Below are positions 17,878 through 27,275 of a stretch of DNA of 64,000 nucleotides, piece by piece. The notes under the pieces are model-generated. The model saw only the letters and a program-made list of their open reading frames with translations. It made no database searches and was not told the origin of the DNA. The position numbers and the translations under genes were made by a program. The stretch lies in NCBI GenBank assembly GCA_937872345.1, contig CALMSQ010000253.1, forward strand, positions 5,672 to 69,671, given 5' to 3'. The stretch is from an uncultured Burkholderiales bacterium. GTDB lineage: Bacteria; Pseudomonadota; Gammaproteobacteria; Burkholderiales; Burkholderiaceae_E. Position 1 is the first letter of the stretch. Every line of letters begins with the position of its first letter.

Positions 17878-18245
17878 GACTGGCTCCGGTTCTTGATTTC
17901 CTTCGCCTTCTCAGCGAGCCAGAGGCCATCGAGGTCTTCGATCATCTCGACCTCCCATGGCACCAGCCTGGTGCGCGTCATCCGGCAGAAGGCGTCGAGG
18001 TCCGGCCAGGTGATCGGCCCGGGACCGAAGCCGCCGCTCGCCCTGTGCGCGCTGAGCCGGAGGAAGGCGCCCCAGATATGCCGGGCACCTTCAGGAAGCG
18101 GCGGCTGCTCGAGCTCGGCCTCGATCTCGGCCCGCCGCTTCGGCTTCGAGGTACGCGCCAGCTGGCCCTCGAGGACCTCCCGGTACGGGAGTCCCTTGTC
18201 CGCCGGCGCGCTCAACGCAAAAAAGCGCTCCGCGAACGACTTCAA
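17874..18245 (-). CDS. Tail assembly chaperone T-segment (probably made by -1 frameshift)
   Basis: HIWGAFLRLS..R..GGFGPGPITWPDLDAFCRMT motif; lies in the -1 frame overlapping the upstream chaperone with only a TTG start. Confidence 0.8.
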   Translation of the reverse strand: MKSFAERFFALSAPADKGLPYREVLEGQLARTSKPKRRAEIEAELEQPPLPEGARHIWGAFLRLSAHRASGGFGPGPITWPDLDAFCRMTRTRLVPWEVEMIEDLDGLWLAEKAKEIKNRSQS

Positions 18246-18724
18246 GTCGTCGCGGAGCGCTTCGTAAAAGACTTTTCCGATACCAGGAAATCGACCATCT
18301 GCACGAAGGCGAAGCTGGTCCTCGGATCGAGCAGGAACTTCATCGCCGCCGGGTCGGTCGGCTTGATCGGCTCAGGCTGGATCCACGGCGCCACCATCGG
18401 CGACCAGTCGACGATGCGCGCCAGGATCCATTGCGCGTTCTCCTGGCGCTTCTCCTCGAGCGTGGAGTCGTCGGCCTTCACCTTGCGGCCGTTGCGGATC
18501 TGCGCCTCGATCGCCTGCGACTTCCGCAGCCCGGCGCTGCCCTGGGCGTCGTTCCAGGCGAGCGTCTTCGGGTGGGCCGGGCCCGCGAAGGTGATCGTCC
18601 AGCCCGTCGGGATACGCTCTTCCTCGGTCGCGCCCGCGCGCGTGATCTCGAGCACGGCCGTGTCCTCGGGGACCATCGTCGAGAAATCAAAGGGGGCCGG
18701 GGTACTGTTCGTTGGGGAGTCCAT
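18242..18724 (-). CDS. Tail assembly chaperone (G-like)
   Basis: Position between tail tube and TMP; PTGWTITFAGPAHP; slippery GGAAAAGTCTTTT near the 3' end. Confidence 0.82.
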   Translation of the reverse strand: MDSPTNSTPAPFDFSTMVPEDTAVLEITRAGATEEERIPTGWTITFAGPAHPKTLAWNDAQGSAGLRKSQAIEAQIRNGRKVKADDSTLEEKRQENAQWILARIVDWSPMVAPWIQPEPIKPTDPAAMKFLLDPRTSFAFVQMVDFLVSEKSFTKRSATT

Positions 18725-18832
18725 GAAGGTTCGTCCTTTTGCCGGAAGGAGTGGGGGAGCGGACCGGCATCCGCTCCCCCGTGGTGCACCACTCTCTCAC
18801 CCGGATGTGCTCGGCACCGGGTACTCGGAAAC

Positions 18833-19129
18833 TCAGGCTCTGTTGCGTCGCGCTCCTGCGGCCGGAGAAGCAGGACGCGCCGGCGCGACGGGCGCGTCGG
18901 CGGCATCGGGATCTGCCTGCGGCTGCGCGACGTCGATCACGACATCCGGGGTCGGCGTCGGCACCGCGGCCACCGCAGCCTGGACGCGGCCGGTCTCCGA
19001 GATCGCGATCCCGATGAGGCCGGCAGGGCGCAAAGGCCAGTCGACGCGGTAGCCCGCGGCGGTTGCGATCTCGATCGCCTCGCCCAGCGCCGCGGCGGCG
19101 GCGCGCACGTTGTCTGTGATGTCACGCAT
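18833..19129 (-). CDS. Hypothetical Ala/Pro-rich protein
   Basis: MRDITDNVRAAA...; strong GAGGAGG RBS. Confidence 0.6.
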   Translation of the reverse strand: MRDITDNVRAAAAALGEAIEIATAAGYRVDWPLRPAGLIGIAISETGRVQAAVAAVPTPTPDVVIDVAQPQADPDAADAPVAPARPASPAAGARRNRA

Positions 19130-19170
19130 CGCGCGCGCACCCTCCTCTGATCTCGAGTGTGCCGTGGGCG

Positions 19171-20400
19171 TTACGTGTTGCTGGTGAGCAGCTTCACCAT
19201 CGTGGCGTCGTAGGCGCCGCCGGTGACATCCTTGCCGACCAGCTCGGGCGGGATCGTGATCGCCTGGGTGCGCGGGCCGGCTTCCTTCGACAGCGGCGAC
19301 TTCTGGACGCCGCCGATGGTGAAGTTCGGCACGAACAGCGCCAGGAAGTCCTTGGGCTCGGACTCGTTCTCGACCATCAGCGCATGCAGCGAGAACGGGG
19401 TCTCGGCATCGAAGCCGCTCAGCATCGTGTAATCGGACCGCAGCATGGTCAGGTTCATGCCGACCTTCATCTGGCCGGTGAAGACATCGGGCGCGTACAC
19501 CGACGCGATGACATCCGGCGCCACGCCCCCGATGTCGATCATGAGATCCCACGAGGTGAGATCGACGAAGTCGGTGCTGCCGAAGCGCACCGTGGAGTCG
19601 ACGCACGCCAGCGGGGATCCCGTGCTCTCCGTCGGCGACGTCAGCGTCGGCGCCGAGCCGCCGGACGAGGTCGCCAATCGGCCGACGCCGGTCCAGGCGA
19701 TGTCGCACATGATCATGCCGTTGGGCTGCATCGAGAACCGCAGGGACTGGAAGACGACGTCCTGGAAGGTCTCGACGTAGTCGATGTCGGCATCGTACTC
19801 GTCGATCGTGAAGTAGCGCTTCACCAGGGAGCCGGCCGCCGGGTTGATCAGCTTCTGGCCCGGGCGCGTGATCGTGAACGCGGTGTCGGCCACGGCGTTC
19901 AGGGTCAGCGTCTCCGCCACCGTGATGGTCGAGGCGGTCAGGCCGGTGATGCGCAGGTTGCGGCTGTTGTTGCCGGCGGTGGCGTGGTTGGTGAGCCGGA
20001 TGGCGTCGCCGACCCGGAGCCCGACGGTGATCCAGGACCCCGAGTTGCCGACGATCTCGGAGGCCGTCGTCGTGATTTCGGTCGGGCCGCCGGACGTCGC
20101 CTCGGTGATCACCAGGGCGGTGACATAGGTCCCGCGGAACACGGCCTCGTAGATCGCGTCCATGTTGTCGAGGCTGACCTCGACGCTGTAGACGCCCGAC
20201 GTCTTGCGGCCGCCGTGGCGGCCCCTGGTCATCATGCCGTCGGAGCGGACCTCGTTGCTGCCATAAGGCTGCTTGGTCAGGACGCCGCCGGCGCCACCCG
20301 CGGTGCGCAGCACGAAGCCGCTGCCGCCGGAGGCGATCGAGCCGAGCGCCGACTGGACCTTGAACGCGATATAGCCGTTGGACTGGGTCTGCCAAGCCAT
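19171..20400 (-). CDS. Major tail tube protein
   Basis: 409 aa, Thr/Gly-rich; SNEVRSDGMMTRGRHG motif; position after the tail terminator. Confidence 0.88.
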   Translation of the reverse strand: MAWQTQSNGYIAFKVQSALGSIASGGSGFVLRTAGGAGGVLTKQPYGSNEVRSDGMMTRGRHGGRKTSGVYSVEVSLDNMDAIYEAVFRGTYVTALVITEATSGGPTEITTTASEIVGNSGSWITVGLRVGDAIRLTNHATAGNNSRNLRITGLTASTITVAETLTLNAVADTAFTITRPGQKLINPAAGSLVKRYFTIDEYDADIDYVETFQDVVFQSLRFSMQPNGMIMCDIAWTGVGRLATSSGGSAPTLTSPTESTGSPLACVDSTVRFGSTDFVDLTSWDLMIDIGGVAPDVIASVYAPDVFTGQMKVGMNLTMLRSDYTMLSGFDAETPFSLHALMVENESEPKDFLALFVPNFTIGGVQKSPLSKEAGPRTQAITIPPELVGKDVTGGAYDATMVKLLTSNT

Positions 20401-20505
20401 GGTCGAGCCTCATTGAAGGGCGTCTCACGACGCTCTTGGGGGTGGACTTCGGGGAATCGGGGAGTGCGCCGGCCGCGCCCTCGAGGGCAGGCGCGGCGAT
20501 GGAGC

Positions 20506-20952
20506 TCAGCCGAGGTGGTAGTATTGGAACGGGATCGTCGTGGTGACGCGGAACCAGAGTCCCTCGTCGTCACCTTTGCCGCCGCCGTCGTGCTTCGGCG
20601 ACCATGTCCGGACCATGTAGCCCGGGGTTGCGTTGTAGAAGGCCTTGGCCCGGAAGATCTCGCCCAGCGCCACGGCGTGCTGCAGCGCCAGCGCCGCGGA
20701 CGTCGTCTCCTGCGTCGGCACGAAGACGTGGAGATAGATCAACCCTTCGTAGAGCCAGACGTTGCTGCCCGGCGTACCGGCGGCGCGCAGTCCGCTCGAG
20801 GTGTTGATGACCTCGCCCAGCACCCAGGGCGCCAGGGCGCCGTTTGACGTCGTCGCTGGCGCCGGCCCGCCGGCCCAGCCGACCGGGGTGGTCGACCAGT
20901 TGTCGGCGACGCGCTGCTTGATCGCCGCCACGGCGCCGGCGTAGTCGGGCAT
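20506..20952 (-). CDS. Tail terminator / completion protein
   Basis: GLIYLHVFVP...LGEIFR...WFRVTTTIPF; synteny. Confidence 0.8.
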   Translation of the reverse strand: MPDYAGAVAAIKQRVADNWSTTPVGWAGGPAPATTSNGALAPWVLGEVINTSSGLRAAGTPGSNVWLYEGLIYLHVFVPTQETTSAALALQHAVALGEIFRAKAFYNATPGYMVRTWSPKHDGGGKGDDEGLWFRVTTTIPFQYYHLG

Positions 20953-20958
20953 GGCCAG

Positions 20959-21606
20959 CTACCTCCGCGGAGCGGCCGATCGACGGCGACTCGGGCTCCT
21001 GCCGTCGCTCAGCACCAGCGCGGGATACCGGATGTCGGACAGTCCGCCGGCCCTGCCGGTGACCATCGCGCCGCCGACGATTCCCCGGAAGGTGAAGCGG
21101 ATATCGGCGATGTTGCCGTAGCGCCGCCGCACGATCTGCTCGGCCTGCTCGTAGACATGGTCGGTGCCGGGAACCCGCATCACCATCGCGCCGATCTCGA
21201 TCTTCCTCGAGTACGGCAGATAGTTCGCGATGGAGACTTCCTGGTCGGGCTCCCACGCCTTGAGATCGGTGACCGCGGTGTCGTCGATGAACAGCGTATG
21301 CGCCATCCTGTAGTCGCCGCTGTCGACCGGACTGAGGTCGAAGAGGGTCTCCATGGCGAATTGCGCCACGATGTCGAGGCGCTGGTAGTCGACGACGATG
21401 ACGCCGTTGCCCTTGACGTTGTCGAAAGGAACGCCCTCGACGCCATCGACGAACTGCCGCCAGCGGCCCGGCCTGGGATCCGTGCTCAGGATCCTGCGGT
21501 GCTCGCGGTTCGCGATACCGATCATCGCCTTCTTGGTCGCCGCCTCGGTGTCGCGGATGACGTCGTCGAAGACCAGCGATCCGGGGCGATAGTCGCGCCT
21601 CGCCAT
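20959..21606 (-). CDS. Neck / tail completion protein (HK97 gp10-like)
   Basis: SPVDSGDYR and IANYLPYSRKIEIG motifs. Confidence 0.8.
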   Translation of the reverse strand: MARRDYRPGSLVFDDVIRDTEAATKKAMIGIANREHRRILSTDPRPGRWRQFVDGVEGVPFDNVKGNGVIVVDYQRLDIVAQFAMETLFDLSPVDSGDYRMAHTLFIDDTAVTDLKAWEPDQEVSIANYLPYSRKIEIGAMVMRVPGTDHVYEQAEQIVRRRYGNIADIRFTFRGIVGGAMVTGRAGGLSDIRYPALVLSDGRSPSRRRSAAPRR

Positions 21607-21607
21607 C

Positions 21608-21967
21608 TCAGACCGCCGGCCCGCCCTTGACGACCAGGAAGTGACCCAGCGTGACGCCGCCGTCGGAGCGGGTGTCGGCGTCGCCCTCGAGGATGTAGTG
21701 CCGAGTCCCGATGATCAGCCGATCGCCGTGCCGCGGCGGTCCCGGCCAACTCGCGTCCGCGATCTCTGCCTCGGAGATCTTGACGTTGAGCGTCGCCTGG
21801 CGAGCGCTGGACGCGCCGGCGACCGGGTCTCCCCTGGCGCCGCCTTTGGGCTGGAAGCACTTGCCCCAGACCGTGACGTCGGTCGACGGCATGCGCCGCA
21901 GCGTCATCTCCTCGCCGTGCTCTCTCATCTCGGCGGCGAAGTCGGCGGCGCTTTGGGCTCCCGACAT
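21608..21967 (-). CDS. Head closure (stopper) protein
   Basis: HGEEMTLRR...WPGPPRHGDRLII; synteny. Confidence 0.75.
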   Translation of the reverse strand: MSGAQSAADFAAEMREHGEEMTLRRMPSTDVTVWGKCFQPKGGARGDPVAGASSARQATLNVKISEAEIADASWPGPPRHGDRLIIGTRHYILEGDADTRSDGGVTLGHFLVVKGGPAV

Positions 21968-21968
21968 C

Positions 21969-22832
21969 TCAGCCGTCTCCCGGGCTCTTCGCCAGCAGGC
22001 GGCCGACGACCAGCGTGACGACGTCGCCATCGCTCAGCGTGGCCCTGACGTAGTAGTCGCGGACGCCCCTGCCGATCGCCGTGGTCTGCGCCGCGCTCAG
22101 CTCGAGCCGGACCTTCTTGCTGTCGCCGGTGGCGGTAACGACGCTGCCGTTGTGTGCGACCCCGTTGATCGTGACCACGATGGTGGCGGCGGTCAGCACC
22201 GGCCAGGCATTGCCGGTGTCGGTCCAGTCCAGTTGGCGCGCCTGATCGACCTGGTAGGTATCGCCGACCGTGATGTTGATGTCGCCGGACTGCCCGACCG
22301 GCGAGGTCGTCGTGATCTGGGCGGAGCCGATCCTGCCCAGCGCGGCGCCCGCGGTGCCGCCGGCGTAGCTGCCGGGCACCGCGTTGAGCAGCGGGTCCGA
22401 TGCCGCGCCGGCGGCGCCGAGAAGCGCGCCCATGCTGCCGGATGCGACGTGGCCGCTGGCGCCTTCGTCCCAGACCTGGTCGGCAATAGCAGCCGCGGTC
22501 GGCGGTGTCGTCGCGTTGCGCGAGCTCACCGCGGCGTCGAGGTTCTCCACCCCGGCGCGGCCGATCGACCACAACGCGGGGATATGCTGCTGGTCGACCG
22601 AAGTCGTCGCCGTCTTGAACACGGCCACGTACTCGCCGGCCGTGCCCGTCGAGCCGCTCGCCAGCGTGTAGAAGTAGAGCCCGTCGCCAAGCTCGGTCGC
22701 CGAGCCGCCGGTGACGATCTCTGTGTCGCCCGGACCCCAAATATCGACCGTGACGGTGAGCCCGGTCTTGCCGAGCTTCGACTCGACGAAGAAGGCGAAG
22801 AACTTAACGGCGTTGGAGACCTGCTCGATCAT
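21969..22832 (-). CDS. Putative virion accessory protein (Ig-like/beta-rich)
   Basis: Thr/Ala/Gly-rich; ELGDGLYFY and IADQVWDE motifs; inserted among neck genes. Confidence 0.75.
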   Translation of the reverse strand: MIEQVSNAVKFFAFFVESKLGKTGLTVTVDIWGPGDTEIVTGGSATELGDGLYFYTLASGSTGTAGEYVAVFKTATTSVDQQHIPALWSIGRAGVENLDAAVSSRNATTPPTAAAIADQVWDEGASGHVASGSMGALLGAAGAASDPLLNAVPGSYAGGTAGAALGRIGSAQITTTSPVGQSGDINITVGDTYQVDQARQLDWTDTGNAWPVLTAATIVVTINGVAHNGSVVTATGDSKKVRLELSAAQTTAIGRGVRDYYVRATLSDGDVVTLVVGRLLAKSPGDG

Positions 22833-23653
22833 ACCTGCCGCCCCAACGTCGTCTGAAAGGCTTGCACCGCGCTATACAGCGCCGCGCTCTCGGCGTCGGA
22901 CAGTCCGTCGGACACGAAGGCGAAGGCGTAGGGCCGGCCGGAGTGGCGCGCGGCCGAGCCGTTGCCGTTGTAGGCGCCGATGAAGAGCGGCGCGGCGTGC
23001 AGGGATGGCGTCGACGGACCCTGACCGACCTTCACGCCGTTGCGCCAGCCCTCGGTGTAGGTGCCGTTCTGCCGGTTGCAGGCGAACAGCCCCGAACCAT
23101 CGGCGACCGTGGTGTTGTAGACGAAGGACGAACCCTCGCCGTAGCACCAGTAGGCGTTGCCGTTCGAGTACCGACATATCAGGATCGTGCCGAGGCTCGC
23201 CCCGGCGCCGGCCGCCATATCGTACCATGTCGACAGCGCCGACGCCGCTGAGCGCGAGTAGACGCCGTAGCAGCCGCTCGACGCACTGAGCACCGTCGAG
23301 GGGCTGAGAAATGTGTTGGCGTAGGCCGTGCTGGCGTTGCCCTGGATGCCGTTGGCGTCGTGGGTCCAGGTTCCGCTGAAGCCGAGGCGAAAGGCTGCAT
23401 CCAGGTCGCGCGGGTCCTTGAGGTTCCACTTGTGGGCGGCCGCGCTGCCGCCGACGAAAGGATAGGCGGCCTTGAGTTTCGACCAGAGACTGGCGCTCTT
23501 GAGCGCCGTCGTGAGCGTATTGACGGCCGACGACTGGGTGGCATCGCTAATGCCGGCGGCGGCGATGAAAGCGGCCGCGTCGGCGTCCATCGCCATAGCA
23601 CCGCCGCGCTTGTAGCCCAGCGGACCCAGCGCGCCGGCGAGGGCAGTGAGCAT
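22829..23653 (-). CDS. Putative virion protein with lectin/LamG-like domain
   Basis: DADAAAFIAAAGI...LWSKLKAAYPFVGG...LFIGAYN...FAFVSDGLS...FQTTLGR. Confidence 0.75.
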   Translation of the reverse strand: MLTALAGALGPLGYKRGGAMAMDADAAAFIAAAGISDATQSSAVNTLTTALKSASLWSKLKAAYPFVGGSAAAHKWNLKDPRDLDAAFRLGFSGTWTHDANGIQGNASTAYANTFLSPSTVLSASSGCYGVYSRSAASALSTWYDMAAGAGASLGTILICRYSNGNAYWCYGEGSSFVYNTTVADGSGLFACNRQNGTYTEGWRNGVKVGQGPSTPSLHAAPLFIGAYNGNGSAARHSGRPYAFAFVSDGLSDAESAALYSAVQAFQTTLGRQV

Positions 23654-24273
23654 CAGCGGCGATCGCTGAAGGGTCGCAGCAGATTGGCGACGTCCTCGGG
23701 GATACCCCGGCCCTTGGTGCTGTCGCCGACCCAGAACTGCTTCTCGATGACGTCGGGGATGGTGATCCCCCGGATCAGCGGATCCCGGACCTGCTGCGAC
23801 CAGTAGAACGAGGCCAACTTCTTCGCCGCCAACTTGAGATCCTCGGGAACCGTAGCCCAGCCGGCGACATAGACCACCGTCGTCTTCGCGGTCGACCACT
23901 CGACACGGGTGTCGCTGGCCAGCCTGTAGAGGAAGCCGGGCGCGGCATCGGGCTCGTAGTCCGACGCCGTCAACGCGACGCTGTCCTCGGTGATCGACGT
24001 CACCGAGACCAGCGGCCAGCGCGCCAGGACGATCTCCGCGGCGCAACTGACATCGCGGAAGACCTCGACGAGCGTTTCCTCGCGCATCGTCACCGGCGTC
24101 GCGCCGGCCTGGGCGACCTTGCAATACCGCGCGATCGCCGAGGCCACCTCGTCGCCCAGATCCATGAGATCGGCATCGCTGGCCGTCGTCGAGCGGGTCG
24201 CGGTGCGCAAGTCGGAAAGCGAGAGCAGCGACCGGTCCACCGCCGGCGTCTGCACGGTGAGGATGGAGTTCAT
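23653..24273 (-). CDS. Head-tail adaptor (gp6/gp15-like)
   Basis: WPLVSVTSI, VVYVAGWATVPEDLKLA and IPEDVANLLRPF motifs. Confidence 0.85.
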   Translation of the reverse strand: MNSILTVQTPAVDRSLLSLSDLRTATRSTTASDADLMDLGDEVASAIARYCKVAQAGATPVTMREETLVEVFRDVSCAAEIVLARWPLVSVTSITEDSVALTASDYEPDAAPGFLYRLASDTRVEWSTAKTTVVYVAGWATVPEDLKLAAKKLASFYWSQQVRDPLIRGITIPDVIEKQFWVGDSTKGRGIPEDVANLLRPFSDRR

Positions 24274-25265
24274 CGCCCCCCCTTGCCGAGCGCCGCGGTG
24301 ATGGCCCCGACGACGGTGTCGACGTCGATCGACGAGGCGCAGGCCGAGAGCTCTGTCGTCTTGTCCTGGGGGCAGAACTGCTTGTCGCGGTGCAGGCGGT
24401 GGCAAGGCCAGCACGGCGCCCGCTGCCGGTCCGGTTCCAGCGAGATCGTGTTCACCCAGTCCCGGGTCAGGTTCTCCCGGGTGGAGTGCGACAGCATCAC
24501 CACCTTGGCGTTGGCTTCCATCGCCGCGGCGTTGAGCAACCCGGTCTCCGGCCCGACGACGACGTCGGCCGCGCAGGCCATGGCCATCGATTCGCGCACC
24601 GTCTTCGAGCCCACGACCCAGATGGTTCGACGCCTGAAGTCGGCGAAGTAGCCGTCGCCGAAGGCCTGCACCGACTTCGCCAGCTCCTGGTCCGTCGGAC
24701 CGCCGATCGCGACGACGTGGGCTTCTGTCTCCTGCAGCACCCTGACGATCCCGCGCGCCAGCCCCGGCCAGATCTTGTGCTGCGCCGATCCGGCCAGCAC
24801 CCACAGCACCATGGGCCGACCGCCCAGCCTGGCCTTGAACTGCTCCGCGCCGACCTTCTCGTCGGGGGTCGGGTAGAACCGCTGCTGGTTGCGCTCGAAG
24901 GGGACGTCGGCGACGAGATGGAGGTGCTCGACGTAGTTCACGTTGCAGACCCGCCGGCGGGCGGAATCGGGCCAGTGGAAGTCGAGCCGGTCCGGCAGCT
25001 TCAGCAGGGCGCCTTCGGTGGCATCGTTCAGCACGATGAGGCGATGAAAGCCGTGCGCGCGGTGCTCGATGTGCTGCGCGTCGGCCTTCTTGACGTCGGT
25101 GACCATCAGCAGGTCGATGTTGGGATCGTGCCGCAGCACCTCTTCGCCGGGTGTCGTGGTGTCGACCGCGACCTGCCAGCCCTGCTGCTTCAGCACCGGG
25201 AAAATGCTCGAGGCCTGGATGGCATCGCCGTGGGCGCCGTAGCGGATCACCAGCACCCGCTTCAC
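24270..25265 (-). CDS. Glycosyltransferase family 9 (heptosyltransferase-like, GT-B)
   Basis: VLVIRYGAHGDAIQ, KIWP, ADVVVGPETGLLNAA and C-terminal CWPC..CP..C motifs; GTGA coupled to the GT2 gene. Confidence 0.85.
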   Translation of the reverse strand: MKRVLVIRYGAHGDAIQASSIFPVLKQQGWQVAVDTTTPGEEVLRHDPNIDLLMVTDVKKADAQHIEHRAHGFHRLIVLNDATEGALLKLPDRLDFHWPDSARRRVCNVNYVEHLHLVADVPFERNQQRFYPTPDEKVGAEQFKARLGGRPMVLWVLAGSAQHKIWPGLARGIVRVLQETEAHVVAIGGPTDQELAKSVQAFGDGYFADFRRRTIWVVGSKTVRESMAMACAADVVVGPETGLLNAAAMEANAKVVMLSHSTRENLTRDWVNTISLEPDRQRAPCWPCHRLHRDKQFCPQDKTTELSACASSIDVDTVVGAITAALGKGGR

Positions 25266-26407
25266 GACATCACCCGGAGCGCTACGGCGAGATCCTCTCT
25301 CGCCACGACGCGCGCCGGATCGGCGCCGGCGACGATCGCGGCGTGTCGCTGGGCAGGCGTGTCGACCACCGTCAGATCGCCGGCGATCGCCCCGCGCCGG
25401 CGCTCGATCTCGGCGCTGACGCGACGCTCGAGCGTGCCGCTGTCGATGCCGGCGACATCGGATCCCTTCCACAACGCGCTGCGCGCCAGCAGCTCGGAGG
25501 CGCCCTGGAAGTCGCCGCCATGGGCGCAGACCCTGGCAGCGATATCGGCGTACAGCGCCATCCGCTGGACGAAGAAGACCCCGATCTGCTGGAGCTGTTC
25601 GCCGGAGAAGCGGCCGCCGGCGGCCTGCATGCGCGCGAACAGCAGCTCCATGCCGAGCCGCTGCTGGTCCATGCGATCGACGGCGAATTCCCACTGGATC
25701 TGGTTGTCGTTGCCTTGGGTCTGCGGTCTGAGGCGATGCTTGTAGTAGGCGTCGTCGCGGCCGCCGATGCCGACGTCGCCGACCTTCAGCAGGGACGCCA
25801 GCAGCCAGTGACCGAAATAGGCCTTGTGCGGTCTCACGACATGCCGGCGCCAAGCCTCGGCGCGCACCAAGGGCACCTCGGGATGGAACGGGGCACCGGA
25901 CAGCAGGCTGCAGGCCTCGAGGTAGTCGCCGCGCTTCACCACCAGCGGCGCCTTCTCCGGCGCGCTGCAGATCTCGATGACGCGGTCCGTACCCTGCTCG
26001 ACCTCGATCTGCGGGCTGAAGCACGCCACCATCTCGGGCGCGTTCTGCATCCGGATCACCGCGGCCTCGAGGCCGGTGGGGAGCAGGGCATCGTCGTCGG
26101 CGAGATAGTGGGCATAGATCCCGCGGGCGTGCCGCATGACCTCGAAGTAGTGCTCGATCGCCTCGAGGCGGTGCGCCGGCCGAATGACGCGCAGCGTCAT
26201 CCCGTCGTCTTCCGCCCACTCCTCGAGATTGATCTCGCGCAGGACGATGTCGGTGTCGTCCTGGGAGTGATTGTCTGAGATCAGCACCTCGACCGCAAAC
26301 GGCAGCGCGCGGACCACCGGCCGGAGCTCGGCCAGGCAGGTCCGCAACATCGCGGCGCGGTTGAAGGTCGGGATGCAGATCGACAGCACAGCGTTGCCGG
26401 ACGCCAT
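25262..26407 (-). CDS. Glycosyltransferase family 2 (GT-A)
   Basis: LSICIPTFNR, VLISDNHSQDDT and YLADDD (DxD-like) motifs. Confidence 0.88.
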   Translation of the reverse strand: MASGNAVLSICIPTFNRAAMLRTCLAELRPVVRALPFAVEVLISDNHSQDDTDIVLREINLEEWAEDDGMTLRVIRPAHRLEAIEHYFEVMRHARGIYAHYLADDDALLPTGLEAAVIRMQNAPEMVACFSPQIEVEQGTDRVIEICSAPEKAPLVVKRGDYLEACSLLSGAPFHPEVPLVRAEAWRRHVVRPHKAYFGHWLLASLLKVGDVGIGGRDDAYYKHRLRPQTQGNDNQIQWEFAVDRMDQQRLGMELLFARMQAAGGRFSGEQLQQIGVFFVQRMALYADIAARVCAHGGDFQGASELLARSALWKGSDVAGIDSGTLERRVSAEIERRRGAIAGDLTVVDTPAQRHAAIVAGADPARVVAREDLAVALRVMS

Positions 26408-26495
26408 GGCGGTGATCTCCTTGCCGGAGGAGGGGAGGGTTCAGATCGTGCGCGCGAGGGGATGCCGGTCCCCGCCACGCGCGTTAGGCCAGATC

Positions 26496-27236
26496 TCAGG
26501 CGCGGCGCTGGTAGCCCGTGAACTTGTCGACGTTCAGGGTGCCGACGCCGACACCGGTCGACTTGTAGGCCTGCGCCCAGGGCTGGACCTGGCCGTCGGC
26601 CCCGGTCGCGGCCCAGCCGAACGTGGTGCCCGTCGGGGTGACGTCGACGCCGTCCATGTAGAACCGGACGTTGGTCGGGTCCTGGAAGTCGATGCGGCCG
26701 ACCTTGTTGACGGCGGTGCCGAGGACGAGACCGGTCGATGCCGACTTGTCCGTGGTGCCGTCGTCGATCTCGGCGAAGACAGTGCCGCCCGGCATGATCT
26801 TGAACCAGGCGGAGCGAATGACGGCGTCGGGGTTGTCGACCCAGGTGCCGGCCACGCCCACGGTCAGGACCGCGGTGCCGGTCGGCAGAACGGCGACGTC
26901 GAACACCCACTCCGCGACGAGGCCGGCCGTCGGCTGGTACTGCCGGTTGTCGCCGAAGTAGAAGGTGCCCTCGCCCTTCTCCGACGTCGCGTTCAGGGCG
27001 ATCGCGACCTTGCCGTTGAGGCCGTTGCTGACGCCGCCGACGGTCGCGGTGCCGGTGCCGACCAGCTTCTTCAGCCAGTCGACGCCGGACTCCGCCGTGG
27101 CGGGCTGGACGACATCGATGCCGAGGAAGTCGTCGGTGAAGACCACCGGCGCCACGGGCAGGATGTGCTCCTTGGTGACGTAGTCGATGAAGACCGGGTA
27201 GTTCCCGATCTGGGTACCGTAGACGGCGCGGACCAT
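26496..27236 (-). CDS. Putative capsid-associated beta-sandwich protein
   Basis: FTDDFLG start, VRFYMDGV; position after capsid and decoration genes. Confidence 0.75.
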   Translation of the reverse strand: MVRAVYGTQIGNYPVFIDYVTKEHILPVAPVVFTDDFLGIDVVQPATAESGVDWLKKLVGTGTATVGGVSNGLNGKVAIALNATSEKGEGTFYFGDNRQYQPTAGLVAEWVFDVAVLPTGTAVLTVGVAGTWVDNPDAVIRSAWFKIMPGGTVFAEIDDGTTDKSASTGLVLGTAVNKVGRIDFQDPTNVRFYMDGVDVTPTGTTFGWAATGADGQVQPWAQAYKSTGVGVGTLNVDKFTGYQRRA

Positions 27237-27275
27237 GGCGAGTTCTCCAGAGAGGAAATGGAGATGAAGGCGGGG

